A stretch of DNA of 64,000 bases from Mustelus asterias (Eukaryota). Shown piece by piece: positions 25,388 through 37,439 of the stretch. The position numbers and the translations under genes were made by a program. Each line of letters opens with the position of its first letter. Position 1 is the stretch's first letter. The notes under the pieces are model-generated. The model was given only the letters and a program-made list of their open reading frames with translations, made no database searches and was not told where the DNA came from. Where the stretch lies: the NCBI RefSeq assembly GCF_964213995.1, contig NC_135830.1:5394001-5458000 (forward strand), written 5' to 3'.

Positions 25388-26693
25388 TTCATTGCAGCGC
25401 AGGTATCTTTCCTGAACTCCAGTAGATGTTCCGACAGTTTCAGGATCCACTTCCTGTTGGAAAGCAGCATCTCAGTAAGTTTCCCTTTGGATCATCGGTT
25501 ATCCTCACCTGCTCTGTTGTGGGGTAATTTGAGATGGCCAATTATGTTTTAATTTAATGTAAAACTCATGAGGCAGGTATCTCTGTATGTCGTTAAAAAG
25601 GGCGGCATGGACATGTTGGGCCGAAGGGCCTGTTTGCATGCTTATACCTCTGTGACTCTATGACTCTATCTCACCTTCCTGATTCTCCCAGATACTGATT
25701 ACAGATGAGTCAGCCTCCGATTTAAATGGATGAAGGAGATATCATTATGCTGTATTGTAAAATGCGATTGGCTGAGCAACTTGTCAGGAATTATTATTGA
25801 TGTATGTTTACTGAACGTAATTGATTCTTAAACTAATATGAGGTCGGAACGATCGGTACGAAAATCTATAATTGATCTGTTATTGATGGTACACGTTAGA
25901 TGCATCGGAAAGATCCTGCCGCTCGGTTCCAGAGCTATTTAGCCCTTTTGGTCATCTCCAAGCAGCTGATAGTTCTGTTTTTGTTTTAAATAAATGTTCC
26001 GTCCTTACACAGAGATATCTGCCACGTGAGTTTTATATCGTCTGTAGTTAAATACAGTATTGGTCATCTCAAATTATCCCATAGCACTCGCCTTAATTTG
26101 GAAATTTGTAATCTATTATGTGCTTATGTGAAATGCACCTCAGTCTCTTGGTTTCACCTCATGGTTTGCACCTCTGCTCTGTATGTGTTCTCTATCTAGC
26201 TTGTAGCATGTCTGCCTTGTAAGTATTTCATCGGACGAAATATAGAGAGATTCACACTGTTAACCCACGCTGCAGCGACACTGATAGTTTTTTTAAGGGG
26301 CAGTGTAAAGGAAACTATCTTCTGCCACACACTGTCCTGCATCGGCCTCTGATGAAACAGAGCCTTTGCTTTTTAGAATTACCTGAAACTCGGTCAGTGA
26401 CAGACCAGTTTATGAGTGAAATCACCGAGGTTCTTCTCATTCTTCACTCGCTCTGTCTCTGGATTTTATCATAAAAAGGCAGAGATGAAGGTGTCTTTAT
26501 ACGGATTGGCCACTGGGTGGCGCAGTGACTCTCACTGAACGGCCTTGAGTTCAAACACATCCCGCACAGGACTGGGGAACAGACATGTCTGGGAAAGAGG
26601 GGAAACCGTATAATATGGAATATGGGGCGGAGTTGATGGGCTTTGGAAAACGGAATTAAGCCAAGCCAGAGATGGTTAAATTTTCATTCAATA

Positions 26694-26699
26694 TTTATT
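26694..26699 (-). terminator. Candidate polyadenylation signal of membrane IgM mRNA
   Basis: First AATAAA I find downstream of the TM2 stop on the minus strand. Confidence 0.5.
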
Positions 26700-27151
26700 T
26701 TAAAAATTCAGAGAATATATTACAGCGACATTATTTTTTAAAGTTAGAAAAGTGAATTTAACGATCGAGCTTCACATTGAGAACACAACACATGCACAGG
26801 GAATCCGTCAATATTTGTACATCTGTTACATACACCAGAAAGAGAAAACAGGACCTGAATAGAAAGAGGAATTAACAAATATGGATAAGGAATGAGAAAA
26901 GTTTCTTATTTATACATGATATTTAAACTATGGGGAAACTATTAACCACAATTACATTATAACAAAAAATGCCTCGTACTTTTCACTCTGAAAACTGAAA
27001 TACCGTCTATGATTGTCTCAGTTACAGATTCAGAATGATAAACTGAGAGAATTTTACTGATAGAGTCACCAAGAGCAGATATTGTATTTGTGTCATACGG
27101 AGATCATAATAATCAGCTGAGGGAAATCTGCAGCATCCAAAATTCAACCCA

Positions 27152-27160
27152 TCACTTGAT
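27152..27160 (-). CDS. IGHM: IgM TM2 exon, coding part (Ile-Lys-stop)
   Basis: tctttcttttacag|ATC AAG TGA. Confidence 0.88.
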   Translation of the reverse strand: MK

Positions 27161-27300
27161 CTGTAAAAGAAAGATACAATAATGAAGCAGATGTTTATGA
27201 TGCAGGACATTAAAGTTAAAGTTTTTAATCAGTGGAACATTGAGAGATTTTTCAAATCCATTCTGTCAGTTTGATATGTGAGTGCATTCAATCATCTCAC

Positions 27301-27428
27301 CTTCACCAGAGTGACCGCAGTGCTGTAGAAAATGCTCAGGAAGAACAGGACAATGAATGTGGAAGCCGTTGTCCAGATGTTACTGTTATCATCATCATTG
27401 TCTTCAATCCAGATGCGGTCGGTGGAGT
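27301..27428 (-). CDS. IGHM: IgM TM1 exon
   Basis: ag|...DSTDRIWIEDNDDDNSNIWTTASTFIVLFFLSIFYSTAVTLVK|gtgag; CART motif; phase fits the Cmu4 internal donor at 30663. Confidence 0.95.
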
Positions 27429-28303
27429 CTAGGGGACGGAGACCAGGATATGAAATTAGATTACTTTATTTATCCAGGTAATCTTATTGTTATCTTTATT
27501 TTCCCCGTTCTCCTTTTCAAACTGTTCATTTATTCTTGAACTTAATTTTCAATGTATACCGACTCTTAAGCTCAGGACACTCAGTAACCTATTTCCGTAA
27601 CTATTTTCACACCTGATCTTTATTGACATTCCTTAGACAGTCCATGTCAGAAAGCACTGAAGATGTTTTCTTGAAAATCAGTTGATTTTTTAACAATTCG
27701 GAACTATCCCTTATTGAAGAATATTATGACTGATATCGAGGAACGTTCACTGATCAATGATTGTTTTCACAGATGGTTACTGATCTGTAAACTGTGAATG
27801 TTGTTGTTTAAGAGTTGGGATGTAATTTCCGATCTGTGCTTCTTTATGGTGGAAATGTTTAGTAGATCGTGAGCTTAATTCAGTTTCTCAGCGTGTTTAT
27901 CTGTTCATTGTACATTGGGATAATAAATCTGTGGATATCTCCATTAAAAAGTCACGTTTAAATTTTACTTTCATCATTTGCCTACCGTTTGTATTGAAGA
28001 TTTTGCATTTGTGTGCGTGTGCATGAGCATCTCGTGCTCTGCATTAATCTTTGGCTCTGAGTTAATATGTGTTTATGAGTGTTAATGTACGCGTTCATTT
28101 GCCAGTGATTGTTGATTTGTGTAGTTGTGTGTCTGCATCTGTGCGCATATTTTATTCTTTTGTCATTGTGTATATATGACTCTATTATTGTGTGAAGTCT
28201 ATGAATATATATTAATGCCACTCTTAATGCGTGCACATGTGTTTATGCCTATTGCTCTGTGTTAATTTCTGTCACTCTAATAATGTTTGTTTCCCTTTCT
28301 GTG

Positions 28304-28428
28304 GAGTTGTCGGCGTTGGACTGGGGTCGGCACAGTAAGTAGTCTCACAACACCAGGTTAAAGTCCAACAGGTTTATTTGGTTGCACGAGCTTTCGGAGC
28401 GTTGTCCCTTCATCAGGTGACTACTTAC
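28304..28428 (-). mobile_element. 125-bp Penelope-like insertion with hammerhead motif (28385-28419) and 16-bp TSD
   Basis: TSD tgtttccctttctgtg at 28288-28303 and 28429-28444. Motif CAC-CUGAUGA-AGGGACAACGCUCC-GAAA-GC-UC-GUG. Confidence 0.75.
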
Positions 28429-28439
28429 TGTTTCCCTTT

Positions 28440-29024
28440 CTGTGTGCGTCTGTGTGCACGCCTGTTAACATGTCAGTGTATGTATTACACGTGTTGACAT
28501 TCTTTATAACGGTGCGTTGATGTATATTTGTGTTTCGATGTGTAGTAATGTGTGCTATGGTGTTCTGTTCTATGAGCATGTTAATGTTTGCGTCTACATG
28601 TTTGTGTGTAAATGTTTTGCTGTCTGTTCTTCTATATGCAGTCTGGTGATTTGTTTACATGTATTTCCATATATGTTTGTGAATGTGTATAACATTGTGT
28701 GTCTTTATATCTATATTCCTATCAGCGTGAACGTGTGCTAATATATGTATTTATTTGAGTCTAAGGATGTGCTTGTGTATTTATGTGGGTCTGCATGCGT
28801 GTGTATCTGTCTGTATTGTGTCTATGCATGTATGTGTTTGTGTTTGGGTCTGTACCTACTCACGTATGTGTATGTGTATGTACTTGTGTGTTTCATGTGT
28901 ACATGTGTGCGTTTGTACATATTTGATTATGTGTGTGTATGTTGTTGTTTTAGTGTCTGTTTGTACAAGGGCGCGTGTCCATGTGTTCGTATGTGTGTGT
29001 GTGTGTATGTGTGCGTGTGTATGC

Positions 29025-29058
<34 letters not shown>

Positions 29059-29500
29059 ATGGGTGTGTCCCTATGTATATTTGTGTACGGATGTGTTTGT
29101 GTATGGGTGTATTTTTGTGTGGGTGTATTTGTGTAAGTGTGTATTTCTGTTTGTGCATGTTTTGCCCATGAGTGCATTTGTGTGTGCATTCTTGTTTCTC
29201 TGCACGTGTGTTCGTCTGTGCAAGTATTGAGTGTACCTATGGTGTGTGAAAGTGTATCTGTTGTGTATTTGTGTGTTTCTGTGTCTGTATTTGAATGTGC
29301 CTGTCCCTATTTCTGTATATGTATGTGTCTTTCTGTATTTGTGTGCATATGTGTGAGTATGTGTATTTGTGTGTGTAGTTGTGCATTTGTGTCGATGTGT
29401 GTGTGTGTGTGTATGTGTGTGAGTTTGAGTGTGTGTGTGTGTGTGCGCTTATGTGTGTATTTATAATTGTGACAGTTTTGTGGAGTATTGTCGGTGTGTG
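28440..29500. repeat. Degenerate (TG)n/(CA)n low-complexity tract
   Basis: TG-dominated sequence with purer runs near 28990-29058 and 29396-29445. Confidence 0.9.
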
Positions 29501-30559
29501 TATTTTTTAGCTGTTGCTCCAAGTTTCACCGCAATCATTAACTGAAAATGATCCAAACAATACGAATAATGGAGCATATTTTCAATGTTTTGCTGTATGA
29601 ATGTAGTTTATGTGAGTGGCACGGTGATATCAGGAGAACGAATGAAATCATTCATTGATGCATCTCAGAAACATCAGGGACAGAACAGTAAAAACCGGGG
29701 AGGATTCAATCATTTGTTTCAATTTGCATTGTGGGAAATCAATGCCAGGACATGACTAACAGGAACAAGAGTGCAGAAACATTTTAAAATTATGTTGCAT
29801 AAGTATATATGCATCACATTGATTAAGATAATGATACTTCAAACTCTGCAGCAAATAAACCAGAAGCTAATTTGTACTGTTGGCAACTGGGTTCTTCTAG
29901 TCGAGAGATGGTCCCGTCCAAACACGTTACTTGCGAAGAGGGAGGAGAGTGAGCTCATAATTTCCCTCTCTCTACCCGGTGAAGCAATGTGCCTGATGGT
30001 ACTAACCAGTGACGAGGTGGAGGTGAGTGGATTAAATAATGACATTCCTCCTCGTTTCATTGAGGAAGTGATGGTACATGGGTTAGCTACGGCTCTCCCC
30101 TCTCTTTGTTGGGTGAGTAGGAATCTGGTATGTTAACAATTTCACTCTCCCCTCTCTCTGATGGGATTGTTGCTCCATGTTTCTGTGTGACCCTCACTCC
30201 AGTTCCCAGTGGGTGTGGTGCAGCAGCTTAAATATGACATCAATGGTAAAGGCATGGACAATGAGAGAAGCAGGAACACCGAGATCTACATTGTGTTTGT
30301 TTGTCAGAAATGTTGAAATTGTCAGATTTCTCCTCAGTGGGAGGAAAGTCGGTGAAGATATGTTGCTGAATACTGTAATGAATGTGCTCTGTCTCTAACC
30401 CAGGGTGTATCTGAGCTGGGTGCACTGGTTCAACAAGGCTTGGGCCCGAGACGTGAAAATACCTGACTCAAACCAAACCAAAGATACATGGTGGAAGTAA
30501 CTTTGAAAACCAATCAATTAAGCAATTGGGTATTTCATTTATCGTTGGAGGAAAAAGAT

Positions 30560-30574
30560 TTTATTCTTTTTATT
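30560..30574 (-). terminator. Tandem AATAAA signals of secretory IgM mRNA
   Basis: tttatt at 30560-30565 and 30569-30574, 28-42 nt past the secretory stop. Confidence 0.75.
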
Positions 30575-30601
30575 GAAGTTTTTAATGTAACCGAGTGATT
30601 C

Positions 30602-30993
30602 TCATTGACATGAATTAACGGTGTCCATCAGTGCAAGGGAAATGTTCACAAAACTGGGTTTACCGCTGGATTTGTCAACTGTTCTGTTGATGATCTTCAA
30701 GGGGATGGCTTCATGTCCCACCACACAGGAGTAAGAAGCGCCGCTGGACCATTCCTCTGCTGCAATGGATAACAGGCTGTACATGAAGAAGGAACTATTC
30801 CCGCTCTCCGCCACCACCTCGGTGTTCCTGTAGTTCCCAGGATTCACCGGCTTGTCGTTGACGGTCCACTTGACGAAGATCTCTCGAGGGGAGAAACGTC
30901 TCACTAAGCAGCTGAGGGAGACGAATCTCTGAGCGGAGACTTCTTCTGCCGAGGGCAAGAGGACAGAGACGAACGGTTCCCGCGGATTTGGAT
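30602..30993 (-). CDS. IGHM: IgM Cmu4 plus secretory tailpiece
   Basis: [15 protein letters not shown]...LSCLV...W...YSCVVGHEA...[22 protein letters not shown]; penultimate Cys, NIS sequon, internal donor G|GTAAA at 30663. Confidence 0.97.
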
Positions 30994-31495
30994 CTGCAGA
31001 AAATGTACAATAAATGTCAATAAACTGGAGAATTCTGGAGACAATAAAACTGCTGGCTCGATATCAGAAAAATGTGCTTCGTTTCGATTTTCAATGTTTC
31101 CATTTTTGACTTCCAGTTTGGAGCAGAGGTGAACACAATTATTTTCTCAAATAACTCAGGTGGCTGGACTGGGAAGTTTCAGAAATTTTACAGCACAGAA
31201 TCAGGCTATTCAGGCCCAACTGATCGGCTTTATTTTTGGTTTTCTGGTTTTTATGCTCCACATCAGGCTCCTCCTTCGTTATTCGATCTAAACCCAATAA
31301 CATCGCCTTCAGTTCACTTTTCATTCATCAACACATCAAATTTCCCCGTAAAAATATCTACAACCCCCAGTTTTTAGTTAGTAGAGTTTCCACTCAGGGG
31401 ACACCATTAATGCACTGAATACTGAATATTGACCAGTACACTTACACTGGAAATAGATATAGTGACGCATTTATTGCTTCAATCTCTCAGCTCAC

Positions 31496-31804
31496 CTGTT
31501 TCCTTGTGGATGGATTTTCTTAAAGGAGTCGGCAGATCCTGATGGCTCACCACGCAGTCAAACACAGCCGCACTCAGCCAGGCTTGTGTCGAGATGTTTA
31601 AGTTGCTGACCACGCTGTCAGGATCCGCTCCTGGCTTTTCGGCAATCTCTGATTTCAAATACTTCCTGTCTCGGATCCAGGACACGTTGACTCCATAGGG
31701 AGCATTAGAAATGATGCAGGTTAAGGTCACTGTTGCCTCCAGTAAGACCTGTTCTATTGGTGGTGGCTGTATGGTCACTGTGGTATCAGGGCACTGGGGA
31801 GGAT
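31496..31804 (-). CDS. IGHM: IgM Cmu3 exon
   Basis: 309 nt, ag/gt bounded, phase 1; DPPQCPD...LTC...W...[13 protein letters not shown]. Confidence 0.96.
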
Positions 31805-32244
31805 CTGTGAATGACAAATGAAAATCAACCCTAGTTCCCTCTTCAGAAGCAAGACAGCAGTCTTCAGCCTGAAGGAGACGAAGTTGCCTTCGATATATCA
31901 ACCTCTAACTATCACCTTTCAACCTCTCTGGAGGATGGAAAACCAGCCTGCCAAGTGAAATTATTCTCTTTTTGTTCAAGTATTTTAGCAGCGGTATCAT
32001 TCTCATGAATCAACATTGCAGTATTCCCCAACAAATATACCATTCCTGAACTCAGGAACCAAGTACTGGCAGTTAGTTTATAAGTAGGGTGGATGCACTT
32101 CCCAATATTTTACCCCTATGCTGCGACCTGTGAAACAGTCCGACACCGACTGTCTCTCCAAATCTTACCAGCTGTCTCAGGAAAAACCTGACATCAAGAC
32201 CACCTCGCTTACTATGTTACTTCAAAATTGAAGGGAACACTACT

Positions 32245-32560
32245 TCAAGGGGAGACAGTGGCATGGTGGTGTTACCAATGGTCTTGTAACCCAGGGCACG
32301 ACTCTGGGGATACAGATTCGAATCTCACCACTGCAAATGGTGAAATTTGAATTTAGTAAAAATCTATCATTAAAAGTCAAATGATCATCATGAAGCCATT
32401 GTTGTAAAAACCCACCTGGTTCACGAATGCCCTTTAGAAAAGTAAATCTGCTGTCTTTATCTGGCCTGGCATGCATGTGACTCCAGATCCACAGCAATGT
32501 GGTTGACACTTAAGTGCCCTGAGGGATGGGAAATAAATGCACATCTCATGAAGGAATAAC
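32245..32560 (+). mobile_element. SINE family B in the Cmu2-Cmu3 intron
   Basis: Matches 8543-8900. Confidence 0.75.
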
Positions 32561-32724
32561 AAAAATTGCTGTTGTGATGAAATTCTGAATGGGGCACTGT
32601 CCTAATGCAGCAAACGACATGACAGCAAATTAGAAGTTGTTCTATCTTTGTACTAACTTTAATAGACCCCTAATTCCGATTAACAGCGGAATGGTATATT
32701 TTATCGTCGGTTTGAGTCTCTTAC

Positions 32725-33036
32725 CCAGAGATCCGCTGATGTTCTGACTCTGGGTGAATCCTTGATGAGTGACCTGGCAGGTATAGACTACTTTGCTGAA
32801 CCATTCCTGAGCGGAGACTGTCAGCCGACTGCTGGCCGAGAAGTTCCCGTTCACTTCACAGGCGGGAGAGGTGACAATTCCTGAATCCATGGGTTGTCCA
32901 TTCTTCAGCCACTTCACCGTCATTGACTTTGGCTGGAAATCGATGATTGAACAGACGATGGTTGCAAATTTTCTGCTGGTGATTTCTTCACTGGAACTCA
33001 CGGTGAGGATAACGGTTGGGGGCAGACGGAGTGGGC
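32725..33036 (-). CDS. IGHM: IgM Cmu2 exon
   Basis: 312 nt; [11 protein letters not shown]...IVCSI...WLKNG...YTCQVTH; ag/gt bounded. Confidence 0.96.
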
Positions 33037-33139
33037 CTTCAACAAACAAATGTTCAGACGTTACTTGAAGATTCAATTGACATCAATTAAATTTAGTTAT
33101 TTTATTTTAGCACCATAGCTGCCGATTTGAGAATTATAT

Positions 33140-33870
33140 CCATGGTTTGGTTGAATTGGCAGGGAAATGGCGAATGGAATTCAACCGTCAAAAGTGCCAC
33201 ACAATGCATTTGGGGAGGGAAAACAAAGCAAGGCAATAAACTGGAATGTTAAAAGGGATTGAGGAAATGCAAGACCTTAGAGAGCACGTCCACAGGTCCT
33301 GGTAGATGGTAGGGCAGCTGGAAAAGTTGATCAAGAAAGCATATCGGATTAGTTCCTCTATTATGTGAGATATTGAATGCAAAAACAGTGATACAATGAT
33401 GGAGCTGCTTAAAACCGAGTTAGGCCACGTTTGGAGTTTGCTGTACAGTTCTGGTCACCACGTTGCAGGAATAACGTAATGACTCTGGAGAGAGATGAGG
33501 TTTACAAGAATGTTGCCAGGGACTGAAAATTCCCGCCATGAGGCGAGATTGGATAGGCAGGGTTTGTTCTCTTTAGGAAAAGAGGAGGCTGAGGCGTGAC
33601 ATAATTGTGGTTCACAAAATAATAAGGGACGTAGGCAGAAATAATTCATTCCCCAAGTGGAGGGCTCAATTACCAGGGAGCATGGTCATTTAAAAGGCAT
33701 CTGGTTCTGCATCTCAAGTGCTTTAACCTGCACGGCTACGGCGCAAGGGCTGGAAAATAGGCTTACTTTGTCAGGCTAGTTTATTTGTTCTCCCTTTTGG
33801 CCAGCACAGACATGATGGGCTAAATGGCCTCATTCTGCACAGTAACATTTCTGTTGTTCTTTGGTTCTGA
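33140..33870 (+). mobile_element. Degraded CR1-type LINE 3' fragment in the Cmu1-Cmu2 intron
   Basis: Recognisable KWxMEFN and QFWSP remnants plus a CR1-like tail. Confidence 0.7.
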
Positions 33871-34007
33871 GCAACTTTTCAGTCAGTAGGCACTTACCTG
33901 GATTTTGCATAATTCAATTTTTCAGAGTGCTACATATCAGTTATAACTAAAGCCTTATACAGTTCAATCAGAGCGTTCCTGTCTTGCCCAGGTTCCACAA
34001 CACTTAC

Positions 34008-34307
34008 ATTGCATTCCAATGCTCTTGACTGAGTCGCTGTGTCGAACCTCACACTTGATTTTGCTGCACTCTCCCTCTGACTGGGTGATGGTTAACTGGC
34101 TGCTCAAGGTGTAGGTTCCCTTTGCGTTTCTCACTGATGGATAATTCTTAAATCCAGTGTCGATCAGCTGCCCATTTTTCTTCCAGGTCAGTTTGGAGAC
34201 ATCTGGAGAGTAGTCCATCGCCAAACAGCCGTAGGTGATGGAGCCAGCGGAGTTGTGTTGCTGACAGGAAGAGACGAGGCTGTAGAGAGTGGGCGGAGAC
34301 GGTGTCG
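34008..34307 (-). CDS. IGHM: IgM Cmu1 exon
   Basis: 300 nt; [17 protein letters not shown]...[10 protein letters not shown]...WKKNG...KCEVRH; ag/gt bounded. Confidence 0.96.
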
Positions 34308-34839
34308 CTGGGAAAGAATAGTCGATTAAACAAGTTAGACTATTACCTGCGTTTATTAATTAATCAAACATATTTATACAAGTATGTTTCTATATTAGGT
34401 ATAGCTCTTGGGGCTAAAGGGATCAGTGGATATGGGTAGTAGGCGGGGTCAGGATATTATTGAGCCATGATCAAAGTGAATGGTGGAGCAGGGTCAAAGG
34501 GCCGAATGGCCTCCTCCTGCTTCTATTTTCTATGTTTCAACGTCACGATTTGACTAGAATTATGAACTTAAGTTAATATTTCCCGATTAAAACCTACGCA
34601 CACCTTTGAGTTGCTGTTACTCCTATCAGTTGGGAATCGCCATTTTTGTAGAAACTCACATCACTGTCACCACCTCTATCAGATTGGAAAGACAAAAACA
34701 TTTTGAGGTCATCGTAATGACATACCATTCATTGGATTAACAGAGAAGAGTAAAGACTTTCTCCATTATTTCAGGCACTACCTATTTCTCAAACAACAGC
34801 ACGTTGTGATGAAGAAGTTGTCTCTTCATTCATATCAGC

Positions 34840-34959
34840 CACTCACCTGATGAAAGAGCTCCAAAAGTTCGCAATTCCAAATAATCCTGTTGTACTTTAA
34901 CCTGGTGTTGTGAGACTCCTTACTGTGCCCACCCCAACCTAACGCCGGCATCTCCACAT
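34840..34959 (+). mobile_element. Penelope-like tail with decayed hammerhead motif
   Basis: cacCTGATGAaagagctccaaaagttcg followed by the family body; GAAA is mutated. Confidence 0.65.
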
Positions 34960-35279
34960 TGTAATTTTTGGATATTGCCTGTGTTCAAACTGACTGAAGC
35001 CCCTTCCTCTCTCCAACTCTCACTCCACAAAACGAAGATTAGTGACTTTCGTTCAGAAATACCTTCGGAATGAATACTTACTGAATGACCAGGAAACTGG
35101 AAATGTGATTACAAATTCAAATAATTGCAACATTGACTAATTTAAGGGTCGTACATTAATAGCAAGAGTTGACCATTCGGACCCTGAAGTCTCCTCCATA
35201 GTTCACTGAGATTGCAGATGAACTGGTTGTGGTGCTAGCTCTATTTTGCACCTCCTCACTCCGCCCGTCGATCACCCAC

Positions 35280-36130
35280 TCTCTGCCCATTTTCCCTGGC
35301 TCTCTGCCCTTTCCCCTGGCTCTCTGCCATTCCCTGTGGCTCCTTTCCCCTGGCTCTCTACACTTCCACCTGGCTCTCGACACTTCCCTCCAGCTCTGTG
35401 CCCTCTCCCCCGGCTCTCTGCCCTTTCCCTCAGCACCCTACCCTTTCCCCCGGCTCTCTGCCCGGTGTCCCTGCTCACTATTCTCTTTCCCCTTTCCCCT
35501 GGCTCTCTGCCATTCCCTGTGGCTCCTTTCCCCTTTCACCCGGCTCTCTACACTTCCACCTGGCTCTCGACACTTCCCTCCAGCTCTGTGCCCTCTCCCC
35601 CGGCTCTCTGCCCTTTCCCTCAGCACCCTACCCTTTCCCCCGGCTCTCTGCCCTCTGTCCCTGCTCACTATTCTCTTTCCCCTTTCCCCTGGCTCTCTGT
35701 CCTTTCCCCCGGCTCTCTGCCCTTCCCCCCTGACTCTCTGTCTTTCCCCCTGACTCTCTGCCCTTTCCCCAGGGCTCTTTTGCACTTTTCGTCGGCTCTC
35801 TGTCCTTTCCCCGGCCTCCCTGCCCTTTATCCTGGCTCTCTCCTCTTTCCCTGATCTCCCTGCCATTTCCTCCATCTCGCTGCCTTTTCTCCTGTTTCTC
35901 TGCCCTTTCACCTGGCTCCCTGCCCTTTCCATTGGCGCTCTTTCCCATTTCTCCTGGCTCTCTGCCCTTTCTCCTGGCTCTCTGCCCTTTCCCCCGGCTC
36001 TCGGCCCTTTCCCCAGACTCTGTGCCCCCCCCCCCCCCCCCCCCGCCCGCCCCAGCTCTCTGCCCTTTACCACGCCTCCTGTTCTCCCCGGCTCTTTCCC
36101 ATTGTCCTTGGCCCTGAGCCCCCAGGGATT
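35280..36130. repeat. ~20-bp tandem array (ctctgccctttcccctggct) with a ~190-bp higher-order duplication
   Basis: The unit is visible throughout; cagctctgtg blocks recur at 35391 and 35581. Confidence 0.9.
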
Positions 36131-36229
36131 CCCCCCAGCTCTCCACATTCGCAGGGCAGCTCCCACATTTGAACACCAAACTGCCGCTTGAGATCTTTCT
36201 TCTCTCTCGTTACAGACCTCCACACACAG

Positions 36230-37430
36230 GTTTAGCGAGTGTGAGTGAGAGAATGTGAGTGCGTGAGGGTGAGCGATTGAAGGAGTGAAAGTGGATGAGT
36301 GATGGTGTGTGAGTGATGGAAGGTGGGTAAGTGAGGGTGAGTGATTGAGTGTGAGTGATTGAGTGTGAGTGAGTAAGTGTGGGTGAGGGTGAGAGAACGT
36401 GAGTAAATGAGGGTGTGTGAGAGAGGGTGGGTGAGTGAAGGTGGCTGAATGTGTGAGTGAAGGTGGGTGAGTGAGTATCGGTAAGAGAGAATGAATGAAT
36501 GAGGGTGAGCGAGTGAGGATGCGTGAAGGTTAGTGAAGGTGGGTGAGTGAGAGCGAGTGAATGAGGGTGAGGAGTGAATGTGACTTAGTAAGTGAGGGTG
36601 AGAGAGTGAGTGAGTCAGGGTGTGTTATTGAGGGTGGTGTGAGAGTGTGTGAGGGAGAATAAATGCGGATGGGTGGATGAGTGAAGGTGAGTGAGTGAAG
36701 GTGTTTGAGTGAGGATGAGTGATTGAGGATCTGTGAGTTAGGGTGGGTGACCTTGAGTGATGGTGAATATGTGAGGGTGTGTGAGTGAATGTAGGTGCGT
36801 GAGTCTCAGTGAGTTTGAATGGGTCAGGTGGCATACGTGAGAGAGAGAGGGTGATTGAGCTTGAGTGTGTGGGGGTGAGTCTGGGTAAGCGAGGGTGGGT
36901 AAGTGGGGAGAGTGAGTGAGGGCGAGTGAGAGGGAGTGAGACTGGATAAGTGAGGGAGGGTAAATGCGGTGAGTGAGTGAGAGTGATTGAGACAGGATGA
37001 GTGAAGGTGGGTAAGTGGGGTGAGTGAGGGTGAGTGAGAGTGAGTGAGACTGGATAAGTGAGGGTGGGTAAGTAGCGTGAGTGAGTGAGAGTGAGTGAGA
37101 CTGAGTAAGTGAGGGTGGGTAAGTAGGGTGAGTGAGTGAGAGTGAGTGAGACTGGGTGAGTGAGGGTGGGTTAGTGGGATGAGTGAATGAAGGTGACTAT
37201 GAGTGTTGGTGAGTGACTGAGGCTCTGAGTGAGTGACTGAGGGTTAGTGAGTGAGGTTGAGTGAGTGATGGCGCGTGAGTGTGGGTAACTGAGTGACAGT
37301 GAGTGAATGGGGATGAGTGAGTGAGGATGTGTGAGGGTGAGTGGGTGTGAGTGAGTGAGTGCTGGTGAGTGAATGAGGGTGTGAGCGTGAGTGAATGAGG
37401 GTGAGTGAGTGAATGCGAGTGAGTAAGTGG
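36230..37430. repeat. Degenerate (GAGT)n/(GGGT)n array
   Basis: Direct inspection. Confidence 0.9.
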
Positions 37431-37439
37431 GGGGGCGGG

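Noticed and set aside
28517-29522. Cys/Val-rich and His/Thr-rich ORFs (also 35229-39213)
   Set aside because: These are translations of TG, GAGT and CT-rich repeats with no domain or splice support.
29722-29729. Perfect octamers (also 51515, 56583, 61876) as an Ig enhancer
   Set aside because: A few hits are expected by chance in 64 kb of AT-rich DNA; they are not clustered and not at the promoter.
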